DNA from: a virus | IMG/VR virus record: IMGVR_UViG_3300042868_005339 | DNA length: 64,000 nucleotides | Direction: 5' to 3' (one strand) | Shown: positions 1 through 8,711 of the stretch, in pieces | Position numbering within the stretch: position 1 is the first letter of the stretch | Layout of the letters: each line of letters starts with the position of its first letter | The notes under the pieces: model-generated | What the model saw: the letters and a program-made list of their open reading frames with translations, nothing else | What the model was told of the DNA's origin: nothing | Database searches by the model: none | Translations under genes and position numbers: made by a program

Positions 1-329
1 GTAGGCGTAGGCGTAGGTGTAGGCGACGGAGATGGTGTTGGTATCGGTGGCGGGGTTCCAGGACCAATGTAACTTACAGATCCAGTAAAAAAACCTGGAG
101 TGCCATCCTTAAATTTTCCAAATATCTGAATATTTGATCCAGCGGCAAATGGTGGACCTGAATTATTGATACTATCCATCTGCACATTCGACCTTGGCAG
201 ATTTGCAATCACCGTTGAGGTTCCGTCACGGCTCACATTCGAGCCAATTCCAGACATTCCCCACACCCAATTACGTTGAGCAAATGGGCTGTTCTCAGAT
301 GCAAAATCTCCGTTACCAGTATTAATCAT
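1..329 (-). CDS. hypothetical virion/tail-associated protein, 5' part only (ORF runs off the left edge)
   Basis: Not in the ORF track. ATG at 329-327 overlaps the TGA of the 326-1174 ORF (ATGA). The frame stays open to position 1. It reads MINTGNGDFASENSPFAQRNW...GTPPPIPTPSPSPTPTPTP; the Pro/Thr/Ser linker is encoded by the GTAGGC-type hexamer run at 1-30. Confidence 0.5.
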   Translation of the reverse strand, partial: MINTGNGDFASENSPFAQRNWVWGMSGIGSNVSRDGTSTVIANLPRSNVQMDSINNSGPPFAAGSNIQIFGKFKDGTPGFFTGSVSYIGPGTPPPIPTPSPSPTPTPTP

Positions 330-1174
330 TGAATAACCTCGTCTGGAGGTGATGGAGGATAGATCGTGATTCGTTCCCTCAACCAAAGACCGTTAGTATT
401 CTGTTGGCGGTCCTCAATTATGAACGGTGCCCAATCTAGGAAGTTTGTAGCTGGGAAAATCTGTGAAGATGAATTTCGATTTATCGGCGCTGGATATACA
501 CCAACTCCAAAAATAGGTGTTTCTGGCTGAACCTTCGGAAATACGCAAGTTGGATGCAAGCACCTCTCATAGTTTACGCTTAAACCAATGTAGTTACCAT
601 TAACATCCGTTGGAACTGGCTGAACATGCGTCAATTCACCAGCAGGATAGGCTACATCTGACAAGAATTGCTCAACTAAAATAGTGCTATTATACGAGAT
701 TCCAGGACGGTATCTGTACCTTGGCAGAAGCCTATCAGCCGTCTGAGTATCTGGACCATTATTGACAACTTGCGGGAATCCTACTGCTTTAGCGACGAAC
801 AAGTCTTCAAGCACGGAAGGCCAAGTGTATTGCCTTGTATCATAGTAGCTGTTGAACGGAACCCTGCGTTGAGCTGGAGTTCTTGGCCTGCCAAAAAACA
901 ATGTGATGTAATCTGGATCTCTCTGCTTATCAGACTTCAGGTAAACATAGTTACCGTAGGCTGGGAACTTTGAAAGCATCTCACGTCCCACCGTCCACCC
1001 GCACTGATTAAATGAAGTTGGACGCGCACCAACAAGCGATGCGCTTTGAGCAGAAATCAACGTGGAGCCATCCGGAAACACCAATTCAGGACCAATGTAG
1101 TCCTGCGGCACTCGTACAGAGAACATGAACTCCTCTTCGTGCGGAGTTGGCAACAGTTGGAAATTGCTAGCCAT
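326..1174 (-). CDS. hypothetical protein, probably virion/tail-associated
   Basis: 282-aa ORF, tightly coupled to neighbours by overlapping start/stop. No motif recognised. Confidence 0.6.
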   Translation of the reverse strand: MASNFQLLPTPHEEEFMFSVRVPQDYIGPELVFPDGSTLISAQSASLVGARPTSFNQCGWTVGREMLSKFPAYGNYVYLKSDKQRDPDYITLFFGRPRTPAQRRVPFNSYYDTRQYTWPSVLEDLFVAKAVGFPQVVNNGPDTQTADRLLPRYRYRPGISYNSTILVEQFLSDVAYPAGELTHVQPVPTDVNGNYIGLSVNYERCLHPTCVFPKVQPETPIFGVGVYPAPINRNSSSQIFPATNFLDWAPFIIEDRQQNTNGLWLRERITIYPPSPPDEVIQ

Positions 1175-1902
1175 TAGACCGTTTCAGGTGGTTCATTGGA
1201 GATTTGATCGCCATCTGCCCATGTGGCATACAAATATGTTGGTGTGGCGCTATTAGCCTGACGGAATCTCCAATGAGTCTTTTTGAGGACGGATTGGCGA
1301 AGATCAGTATGCGATACTTCATCGCTGGTGGTTGAGGTGACGCCAGTTGGAACAACGCTTGTGTTCGTTCCGTAAGATCGAGAACCAATAGTAGATGTAT
1401 AAGTTCCACTGACGGTTTGTTGATTAAGTGGCTCAGTTGGAATTAGACCAGCTTTGAATTGTAATTTTTCAGAAGTAACCGAGGTTATTGTTGTGCTTTC
1501 TCCAGGATTAGATGGCAAAGTAACCGTCAAACTACCGGGCGCTGAAAAAAGCGATGTATCGACATCAAATAGATCGCGATACTCGCTAGACCAGACGTTC
1601 ATGTCTGGTTCAGAATCGCCAGTTAAAACGATCTCGTCAATTTTCGAGAATTTCTGCCAGCGGCGGTCTTTTCGGAAGAGATAAACGTCTGAAGCCATAT
1701 TTTTTACCATATCCGCTTGACTGAATGGTGCAAGTGGGATTATGGTTAGATCGAATTCAATCTGGTTTGCGCTGTGGAGCAGTGCATTCTGCCCATTGCA
1801 AGCCACTGAGGCCGACATTGCTCCACGATGTCGGCCTCTTTGCGTTTGCTGATCTAGTTCCGTAATACCTGCTTGAATGAGAGGAGATAGGGCATTGCCC
1901 AT
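1174..1902 (-). CDS. hypothetical protein, probably virion/tail-associated
   Basis: 242-aa ORF whose stop overlaps the next start. Ser/Thr-rich middle typical of fibre/baseplate-like proteins. No motif recognised. Confidence 0.6.
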   Translation of the reverse strand: MGNALSPLIQAGITELDQQTQRGRHRGAMSASVACNGQNALLHSANQIEFDLTIIPLAPFSQADMVKNMASDVYLFRKDRRWQKFSKIDEIVLTGDSEPDMNVWSSEYRDLFDVDTSLFSAPGSLTVTLPSNPGESTTITSVTSEKLQFKAGLIPTEPLNQQTVSGTYTSTIGSRSYGTNTSVVPTGVTSTTSDEVSHTDLRQSVLKKTHWRFRQANSATPTYLYATWADGDQISNEPPETV

Positions 1903-2156
1903 CGGAAGAAGCCGTTAGAACGGAGGAGCGCATCGACTATCACAGAACCAATGCCTCCACTTTAAAAGACCCCGAAAGGGGAAACCACCCAACGGAGCAT
2001 CGTTATTTGGCAACCGTGATGAAGAGTTAGGTGAAGGTAATCTTTGTGTCTGGACCCCTCGCATGGCTCCGTACGCTGATAGAAAGCCAGTTTGCCCTGA
2101 AAAGGGGAAACTGTGCCCGTTTCCTGCCATTTTCCTTATCTGATAATTAACTCACA

Positions 2157-2714
2157 ATGCAAACTCAACCACTCTACAAACTTGAAATTGCTGAAAGCGG
2201 ACTAACGCAAAAGCAATGGTACTCGAAAATTTATCTGAAGAGCGAACACTGGAAACTACTTCGACAAAGTAAATTTTCAGAATGCGGGAAACATTGCGAG
2301 ATTTGCGGAAAGACGACAACAATTGAGGTTCATCACCTGCGATACCGTGAAATTTACGACGTGTTAACAAGTGATTTGCAGGTCTTGTGCAATAAGCATC
2401 ACAGCGAACAGCATAAACGTAAAAAGCCTCAAAAAAGAAATAAAAAACGTTCACTAATATTAAGCGAGGAGGAACGCAAAAAAAGGGAAGCGGCCAATAA
2501 GATTAGAAAGGCCATGAAGCGTGCTAAAAAACAAAAAAAGATTGATAGCCACAATGAAAGATTAGCAGCTTTTCAAGACATGAGATTTAACATGATTACA
2601 TTTTCAGACGAATCTTTGATTTCAATATCTAAAGGAACAAATTTAAGATTGGTTGGAATTGCCAAATGCATTCTCAACGGGAGAAAATGCAACGTTCGTC
2701 CAATGTTGCATTAA
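2157..2714 (+). CDS. HNH endonuclease (CxxC plus HNH), Lys-rich C-terminus
   Basis: CGKHCEICGK...EVHHLRY...LQVLCNKHHSEQH. Paralogous in layout to 44666-45034. AT-rich and on the opposite strand to its flanks. Confidence 0.7.
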   Translation: MQTQPLYKLEIAESGLTQKQWYSKIYLKSEHWKLLRQSKFSECGKHCEICGKTTTIEVHHLRYREIYDVLTSDLQVLCNKHHSEQHKRKKPQKRNKKRSLILSEEERKKREAANKIRKAMKRAKKQKKIDSHNERLAAFQDMRFNMITFSDESLISISKGTNLRLVGIAKCILNGRKCNVRPMLH

Positions 2715-2818
2715 ACTCTCCCAAAAGCCCAATGGAAAAAACCATGTATCCCAACTGAATAAATGATGATCCGCTACTAGATGATTGCGACGATTGAATG
2801 CGAAGACACTAAAGCATC

Positions 2819-3181
2819 TTGCATAGAAGATTAATCAGACGTAAAATTACCAGACATATGAGCCAAAGACTACACATAGGCAAAACAGATAAAACACTAT
2901 ACGACTGCATTATTGCAGATGCGGATGGTGCCGAATTAAAAATCAAAGAAGATTTTTTGTGCCTACAACCAAATGGTTACTTTCTAGGCCCATGGAAGAT
3001 TCGCATCTCTGATGTAGCTTTGTATCGAGAAATTGAACCCATTTTAACTCAAGTATTTTCAAGCATTGGGAATGAATTTCCTAAATGCACTTGGGTATTT
3101 TACCATGGCGATAAAGATATAGTTCATCCAACACGAGAAGAGCTTGATGCGTGGCTTGAACAAATTACACAAACTCCGTGA
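2819..3181 (+). CDS. hypothetical protein
   Basis: 120-aa ORF. The start is uncertain; an internal Met at residue 14 is possible. Confidence 0.5.
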   Translation: MHRRLIRRKITRHMSQRLHIGKTDKTLYDCIIADADGAELKIKEDFLCLQPNGYFLGPWKIRISDVALYREIEPILTQVFSSIGNEFPKCTWVFYHGDKDIVHPTREELDAWLEQITQTP

Positions 3182-3183
3182 CA

Positions 3184-3195
3184 CGTTTTCACCGC
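3184..3195. repeat. 12-nt inverted-repeat arm (CGTTTTCACCGC), partner at 4080-4091
   Basis: Exact reverse complement of GCGGTGAAAACG at 4080-4091. Lies 3 nt after the stop of the 2819-3181 ORF. Confidence 0.6.
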
Positions 3196-3318
3196 CTCGC
3201 CAACGGTTCAATCTTTCGCTATCACGGCGTCATGATGCTCAAGAAGTCTGTATTCAAGGCGGTGACGCACTCATTCACACTGGGGAAGAATAAGACCATC
3301 AGTGTCCTCATGTTGCCT

Positions 3319-3334
3319 TTCGTTAAAGTTGAAG
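3319..3334 (+). promoter_or_regulatory. conserved box TTCGTTAAAGTTGAAG upstream of thyX (second copy at 4065-4080)
   Basis: 15/16 identity with the box at 4065. Both lie 65-73 nt upstream of a start codon. Function not established. Confidence 0.35.
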
Positions 3335-3338
3335 TGAT

Positions 3339-3382
3339 AAAAATAACACAAAAATAACACAAAAATAACACAAAAATACACA
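3339..3382. repeat. 11-bp tandem repeat AAAAATAACAC x3 plus one degenerate unit (phased A5 tracts)
   Basis: Perfect units at 3339-3349, 3350-3360 and 3361-3371, then AAAAATACACA. Ends 1 nt before the thyX ATG. Confidence 0.9.
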
Positions 3383-3383
3383 C

Positions 3384-4064
3384 ATGAAAAATAAAGTCGA
3401 ATTGATTGGTTACTATGGCGACGATGAGATTCACGCATGCTCTGCTTGGACCTCTACTAGCCGCGACATCACAGAAGAAAAACGTGGACGTATTCCCAAG
3501 TTGCTAAAAACATTAGCGGATCAGGGCCATCATACACCTTTTGAAAAAAGCTCTCTTCACTTTCTTGTGGATTGCGATATTGCTTCTCATATTCACCTGC
3601 TCAAGCATCGCATTGGCGTTTCAATCAATGGTGAGAGTGCTCGGTATAAAGAGCTAAAGGAAGACAAGTATTATATTCCAGATGATTGGGAAGGCATTTA
3701 CCCATCTCAAGACATTGGACCAAATGCAGACTGTCCATGGGCAACTACGCAACAATCTTGGCATGCTATTTTAGAAGAATACACAAAAATAGGAAATGAT
3801 CTTTATCATCAATGCCTCAAAGACCTTGAACCTATTCTTGGTCGCAAACGCGCTAAAGAAAGTGCTCGATTCTTCAAGGCGTATAATTCCCAAATCCAGG
3901 CTGATGTGATGTTCAACTGGAGATCGTTCCACCACTTCTTGGAATTGCGCAACAAACCGGAAGCACAAAAAGAGATTCGTGAAATTGCCGTTGTCATGCT
4001 TGATCTTGTGAAGAACATTGATGGCGATCCATTCCGCCACACTATTAAAGCATTCGGGCATTGA
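3384..4064 (+). CDS. thyX: flavin-dependent thymidylate synthase ThyX
   Basis: GHHTPFEKSSLHFLV..., LLKHRIGVSINGESARY (ThyX RHR..S....S.RY-type motif, with one extra residue) and NWRSFHHFLELRNKPEAQKEIREIA. Confidence 0.85.
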   Translation: MKNKVELIGYYGDDEIHACSAWTSTSRDITEEKRGRIPKLLKTLADQGHHTPFEKSSLHFLVDCDIASHIHLLKHRIGVSINGESARYKELKEDKYYIPDDWEGIYPSQDIGPNADCPWATTQQSWHAILEEYTKIGNDLYHQCLKDLEPILGRKRAKESARFFKAYNSQIQADVMFNWRSFHHFLELRNKPEAQKEIREIAVVMLDLVKNIDGDPFRHTIKAFGH

Positions 4065-4080
4065 TTCGTTAAAATTGAAG
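4065..4080 (+). promoter_or_regulatory. conserved box TTCGTTAAAATTGAAG upstream of the XRE gene
   Basis: Second copy of the 3319 box. Directly abuts the inverted-repeat arm at 4080-4091. Confidence 0.35.
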
Positions 4081-4091
4081 CGGTGAAAACG
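4080..4091. repeat. 12-nt inverted-repeat arm (GCGGTGAAAACG), partner at 3184-3195
   Basis: Exact reverse complement of 3184-3195. Lies 16 nt after the thyX stop. Confidence 0.6.
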
Positions 4092-4137
4092 AAATGATTT
4101 GCATCGCGTTAAATAACGTGATAAGATTGATGACCAT

Positions 4138-4389
4138 ATGAAACCAATACAAGTAAAAACCACGCAAGGTCAACGCTATCGCATCCTTCGAGAGGTCAAC
4201 TGTTTGAGTCAGCAGGCAGTAAATGAGCACATGGGACGTGCAACTAGTTGGTGCTCGCAGCTTGAGAAGAATACCTTTGAACTCACTGTGGATGCAGCCT
4301 TGAAGCTGGCAAAGCTATACAAGGTAACCCTTGGTCAGCTTATCGGAGAAGAGGCGATAGAGGTTGTGCTGATGCCGAAGGTTGACTAA
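4138..4389 (+). CDS. XRE-family helix-turn-helix regulator
   Basis: LSQQAVNEHMGRATSWCSQLEKNTFELTVDAALKLAKLYKVTLGQLIG is a typical HTH_XRE pattern. Confidence 0.75.
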   Translation: MKPIQVKTTQGQRYRILREVNCLSQQAVNEHMGRATSWCSQLEKNTFELTVDAALKLAKLYKVTLGQLIGEEAIEVVLMPKVD

Positions 4390-4394
4390 AATCT

Positions 4395-5102
4395 ATGAAA
4401 ATATCAAAAGGCTTAATTAAAGGCTGTTGCAATTTTTCGGCTTTGTGGATGTATGACAATCACACATTCCAGCAGGTGGATGTAACTACACCAAACTGGA
4501 GAGAATATGTGATGAGCTGCTACGACATTGACGGCTTCGGCTCCTTTTTCGTGCGCGAGTCTTCGAGCGGGAAACCAATTATTGCGCTACACGGCAACGG
4601 AAAAAATGGCCGTGAAACATTCGCCGCCGCGCTCACTGCGTGGACTCTGCCGAACGACATCCAAATAAGTGCAAATACTGCTACCACAAACAGCCAAACT
4701 TGCGCCGGTTCCTCTTCATCGCCATTGTTTGGATTCCGATTGGCAAGGTTGGCTGTATGGAACCAAAGCCAAAAGACACACAAAAACATTTCTGGGATCG
4801 GGGCTTCAGTTTTTGCTGGCGGCGTTAACCTAACCGCATTTATCCACCGCGAAAACATTTCCAGATACCTGCGACAGCATCGTCAGATTGAAGAGGAATA
4901 TGAGGTGCATACCAGCCTGGGGAAAATGTATGTGAAGCCTGAAAAGTTTGGCGATTATTGCGCGAGAGTCCGTTTAGCCATTGATCCCAACCTAGACATC
5001 ACAGATGAAGGTTGGATAAAAGGCTTAGACAGTGCGTGTGACGCGGTGTGGCAGAGGCCAAACGACAATGATCTGGCGCGGCGGGCGCTGGACTCCGAGT
5101 AA
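4395..5102 (+). CDS. hypothetical protein (partner of the XRE gene)
   Basis: 235-aa ORF starting 6 nt after the XRE stop. No motif recognised. Confidence 0.6.
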   Translation: MKISKGLIKGCCNFSALWMYDNHTFQQVDVTTPNWREYVMSCYDIDGFGSFFVRESSSGKPIIALHGNGKNGRETFAAALTAWTLPNDIQISANTATTNSQTCAGSSSSPLFGFRLARLAVWNQSQKTHKNISGIGASVFAGGVNLTAFIHRENISRYLRQHRQIEEEYEVHTSLGKMYVKPEKFGDYCARVRLAIDPNLDITDEGWIKGLDSACDAVWQRPNDNDLARRALDSE

Positions 5103-5152
5103 ACCAACGGGGCAGCTCTCGCCGTTGCCAGCATTCACTTGTTAGCCTTCTT

Positions 5153-5455
5153 ATGGACATACTCACAATACTCGAATCCGCCGCATCCGAAATTCGAGAG
5201 CTTCGCGAACGTGCCGCATCCGATGAAACGATGCGGAAAAACCAAACTCTCCGCGTGGCGATCAGCCAGTTACGCGGGAACGTAATCGACTATTCCAACG
5301 CGGACAAAGTGGAGTGGGACACGCTCAACGAACTGATCGACGCCGAACGTGTTTGGATGGCTCACACGGGCGAAGTGCTGTGCGACATGCGGATTCTCAC
5401 CAAGGATCAACTGCGCGGAATTATTGAGGCTAACAAAAAGATCAGCGACTGCTGA
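5153..5455 (+). CDS. hypothetical protein
   Basis: 100-aa ORF, helical/charged. Last gene of the plus-strand island. Confidence 0.55.
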   Translation: MDILTILESAASEIRELRERAASDETMRKNQTLRVAISQLRGNVIDYSNADKVEWDTLNELIDAERVWMAHTGEVLCDMRILTKDQLRGIIEANKKISDC

Positions 5456-5560
5456 GCCTCATCGAAGCAGTTCGCTGCATCGTACGTTCGGCTAAGCCGC
5501 CCATAGTCCAGCCAGCTTATTGAACCTCTTCTGCAACGGGTTTGTTTTTCCTGGTGTGTG

Positions 5561-6097
5561 TTATACATGTTTCCACACTTTTCTGTTGATGACTGTTTTA
5601 ATAATAGTGATAGAAACGCCATAAGACCTTGCCATAGCAGCCTTGGATCGAAACTTTTTCTCAGCAAAGTCTTTTCGGATGCTTAATGCTATTGCTTCAT
5701 TAATTACCGACCTACCATTATTCGATCCTCTGACTACTGTTGAGTCTTTTTGCAGGTAATGATTTCCATTGTAGTTGAAGTTGTACCTTCCACGCTCATG
5801 TCTTTGTCGCATATTATCCGCATGAGTTCCCATCGAAAGATGGGCCGGATTGACGCATGATGGATTATCACAAGAATGAAGTATGTGCTTCTCCTTTAGG
5901 AAAGGTCCGTTTGTTAATTCAAACGCAAGCCTGTGCGATCTCCACTTGTGACCTTTGTAAAGGTGAAGACCGTAACCGGAATAATTTTTTAATCCAGTCC
6001 ACCACAAGCAGTCGCTACCTGGGATGGTTTTAGTTTTTGACCAAAACTTATTGATCTCTTCTTCTGGTAACGTAATGCTGATTTTAGCTTCTTGCAT
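5561..6097 (-). CDS. HNH_3-type homing endonuclease with C-terminal HTH
   Basis: WRSHRLAFEL...HSCDNPSCVNPAHL...HADN. Immediately downstream of terL. Confidence 0.75.
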   Translation of the reverse strand: MQEAKISITLPEEEINKFWSKTKTIPGSDCLWWTGLKNYSGYGLHLYKGHKWRSHRLAFELTNGPFLKEKHILHSCDNPSCVNPAHLSMGTHADNMRQRHERGRYNFNYNGNHYLQKDSTVVRGSNNGRSVINEAIALSIRKDFAEKKFRSKAAMARSYGVSITIIKTVINRKVWKHV

Positions 6098-6120
6098 GGT
6101 AATGACATGTTGGAGGTTAG

Positions 6121-6162
6121 ACGGTTGCTTCTGTTATCAGCAGATGCAGCCGTTGTTTTTAT
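6121..6162 (+). terminator. rho-independent terminator-like hairpin (plus-strand sense)
   Basis: ACGGTTGC-T-TCTG / CAGA-T-GCAGCCGT stem (12 bp, one G.U, one T/T mismatch) with a 7-nt loop, followed by TGTTTTTAT. Confidence 0.5.
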
Positions 6163-6181
6163 AAGCTTTGCTGATCTAAAG

Positions 6182-7990
6182 TCAATTAGAATAGATGGAT
6201 GCCAAGCTCATAAATCTTTTCTTCAATGGTGAAGATTTTCTATCATCTACATTTCCAGGTTTATCTATACTTGATAAACCATGCCTCTCACGGCAGAGCG
6301 AAATTAAACAAGCCGCAGAGTCAAAATAATCAGGACTTTTTCCGGTTCGACGTTTCATGTCCACTTTGGACTCGACTCTAATGCGCGAACCTCCATCCTG
6401 CGCTTTGTTATCCTTGTACCTTCTGACTGTCATTTCGTCTGCCATTTCTTTCGTGATATTTCTAAGCTGGTCACAACGAATAAGTTCTTTCCCAATCGAC
6501 CAAAGTTCGCTAACCCTGTTAGCATACCTCACGCTTGATTTCTCACGATCCGCAGCAGACACAGGACGATCTGAAGCCTTGCCACCGAAGTCCACACGCA
6601 AGAAAGTGTTACCCCACTTGCTCCACATAGCGTCAGCAAAAGTCTTGCCACCACCGGCAGACGCATCAATTGCCACGTCCTTGATGTCGATTCCATCCTT
6701 CTTGCAGATGTCTTTGATTTGGTCAATAAGCTGCGTGGTGCGGTCAACGTCGCGTTTGCTGGCATCGTCATTGAGAAGGATATGACGCTCAAACTTGAGT
6801 CGTTTCTTGCCATCAGTGCAGATGCCAATAGAGCCAATCGTCATCACCGTTTTGTCGCCACCGCTGGTATATGAAAGGTCGATGCCACACACCTTTGTTG
6901 GAATCCCCTGCCACACGCAATCCTTGGGCGTCTTGATAATTTCAGCGGGAGAATAAATATTGTCATCGTCTCCATCAAGCAAGAATGCACCAAGAACGCC
7001 TCGCCAGTAAGCTCTTGTATGCTGGCCTAGTTTTTCTCGCTTCTCTTCCAACATCTCCCTTGTCATCAAGAAAGGGTAGATCGTTTTCCCCTCGATAATG
7101 TTAGGAGATGTCTCGTTGTTGATGCGAATAACGTGAGCGCCTTTCCCTTTCCACTCATCCCAGTCTGGGTTGTAGCTATCCCAGCCTCCAGGAATAGGCT
7201 CACAAAGCTGCCCAAAAGTGTCGAAGGGAGAGTTTGCATTCGCTAGCGCAATAAGCTGAACGTTCGGATTCTGCGTCAAGTTTTCCTCAAAAGTATTGAT
7301 GATGGATGGCGAAAGTTCAGCGCACTCATCAAGAACAACAATGAGCTTACCGCCAGGGCCATGCTTTTGACCTCGGATAGCGCGTGATGATTCAGCGGCT
7401 TTGCTTTGCTCACCTGGAAACAAGCGGATGCCGTACTCGTCCATCACAACGCCAGTGTTTAAGTCCATCGACTTGATGCAGTGAGAAGACTCAACTAGCT
7501 TGCCAGGAGGTGCTCCAGCCATGCCATTGAAGTAACGAGTAATCTGGCCCCAAATACGCCCCATCGAGTCCTTGATGGTTGTGGTGTTGACGAGAACGAC
7601 GTTCTTGTATGGATTTGCCAACCACCAAACGAGACAGTAAACGGCGAACAAACCAGTCTTGCCACCAGAACCACCAGACGAGATCGCTAGACGCTTATTC
7701 TCAAATGCGGCCTTCGCCATCTTGATCGCCCAAGGATGCCACATGAACGGAGTTCGACTGCCTGGATAGTTCCAGATGAGATTGACAGCGTTGACGAAGT
7801 GAATCCAAGCAGGTTTCCCCTGTGGGTTTTTATCGCCTTTCCAACCGAATAACGAACCCGTTGGACACTTGAGGAAGATCAACTCGACATCCAGTTGATT
7901 GCCGAATTGATGATCAAACTTGATGCCGTATGTCTCGATTGGTCCTCGCGTAAGTTGAACGACACGAGATTTTTGGGGCTTCTGCTTCAT
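6182..7990 (-). CDS. terL: terminase large subunit
   Basis: 602 aa. Walker A-like SSGGSGGKTG, Walker B-like LIVVLDECAE, and an acidic nuclease-type C-terminal half. Confidence 0.9.
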   Translation of the reverse strand: MKQKPQKSRVVQLTRGPIETYGIKFDHQFGNQLDVELIFLKCPTGSLFGWKGDKNPQGKPAWIHFVNAVNLIWNYPGSRTPFMWHPWAIKMAKAAFENKRLAISSGGSGGKTGLFAVYCLVWWLANPYKNVVLVNTTTIKDSMGRIWGQITRYFNGMAGAPPGKLVESSHCIKSMDLNTGVVMDEYGIRLFPGEQSKAAESSRAIRGQKHGPGGKLIVVLDECAELSPSIINTFEENLTQNPNVQLIALANANSPFDTFGQLCEPIPGGWDSYNPDWDEWKGKGAHVIRINNETSPNIIEGKTIYPFLMTREMLEEKREKLGQHTRAYWRGVLGAFLLDGDDDNIYSPAEIIKTPKDCVWQGIPTKVCGIDLSYTSGGDKTVMTIGSIGICTDGKKRLKFERHILLNDDASKRDVDRTTQLIDQIKDICKKDGIDIKDVAIDASAGGGKTFADAMWSKWGNTFLRVDFGGKASDRPVSAADREKSSVRYANRVSELWSIGKELIRCDQLRNITKEMADEMTVRRYKDNKAQDGGSRIRVESKVDMKRRTGKSPDYFDSAACLISLCRERHGLSSIDKPGNVDDRKSSPLKKRFMSLASIYSN

Positions 7991-8291
7991 ATCTGTTGAA
8001 TGAGTAGTTCAGAACTGGTAAGTTTCAAGATTATATGATCTATGAACATCTGCCAAACTTGCTATAAAAACGGGCGATCTCTGTGGCAAGGTTGCTGTCT
8101 ATGCAGCAAAGACGTGATGACATCCAGCCAATTCCACGCTTGGAACGCAACTCGCAGGGTTCATCACGATATACCCCAACCAAAGATTGAGGTAAAGCAG
8201 GTAGTCTTCAGTAAGCCAAGGCTGGTCTTTGGGCAGAGGTTGCAGAAGTGACTTGCGATAAGTCAATTTACGATGTCATATCTGCAAAATT

Positions 8292-8516
8292 ATGAACCAT
8301 GAAGTTGAGACTATTGAGGATGCGCTGACGATGCTGCAAGCGACTGTATTTGAACCAGAATTTGCCGCTCCTTTGATCAGGCGAAATATTGAACACGGGC
8401 TTTGTTCAAACTATGAGATTCAGTTCTTCAAGGGGCAGAATGGTGTCTGTATGACAGCGAAAATAACTCCCTCCTACAAACCAAAATACCTTGGGAAGCA
8501 CGAGGGATTGGAATGA
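8292..8516 (+). CDS. hypothetical protein
   Basis: 74-aa ORF, convergent with the 8517-8711 ORF. Protein-like composition only. Confidence 0.4.
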   Translation: MNHEVETIEDALTMLQATVFEPEFAAPLIRRNIEHGLCSNYEIQFFKGQNGVCMTAKITPSYKPKYLGKHEGLE

Positions 8517-8711
8517 TCAACCAAACTTCTCTACCCACTCGGCTAGAAAACGGCTAAGTGGAATGCCATCTCCATCTGCTGTCATGCACTTGCAGCCTTC
8601 TGGCTTGCATTCAATCCAGGTGCAACCGTCGTGGTTGATCTTTGGCGAGTTGCCATGACGGCACTTAGCGCGTGACTCAAACTGGTTCTTGATGACTTCA
8701 AAGTCGGTCAT
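8517..8711 (-). CDS. hypothetical Cys-rich small protein
   Basis: 64 aa, CRH...C..IEC...GCKC. Its start overlaps the stop of the CHAP gene. Confidence 0.5.
   Translation of the reverse strand: MTDFEVIKNQFESRAKCRHGNSPKINHDGCTWIECKPEGCKCMTADGDGIPLSRFLAEWVEKFG

Noticed and set aside
1903-2156. Group I intron or other self-splicing element associated with the adjacent HNH gene
   Set aside because: The flanking sequences are separate genes on opposite strands, not a split ORF. I could not trace P3-P8-like pairings. Only short local hairpins are present.
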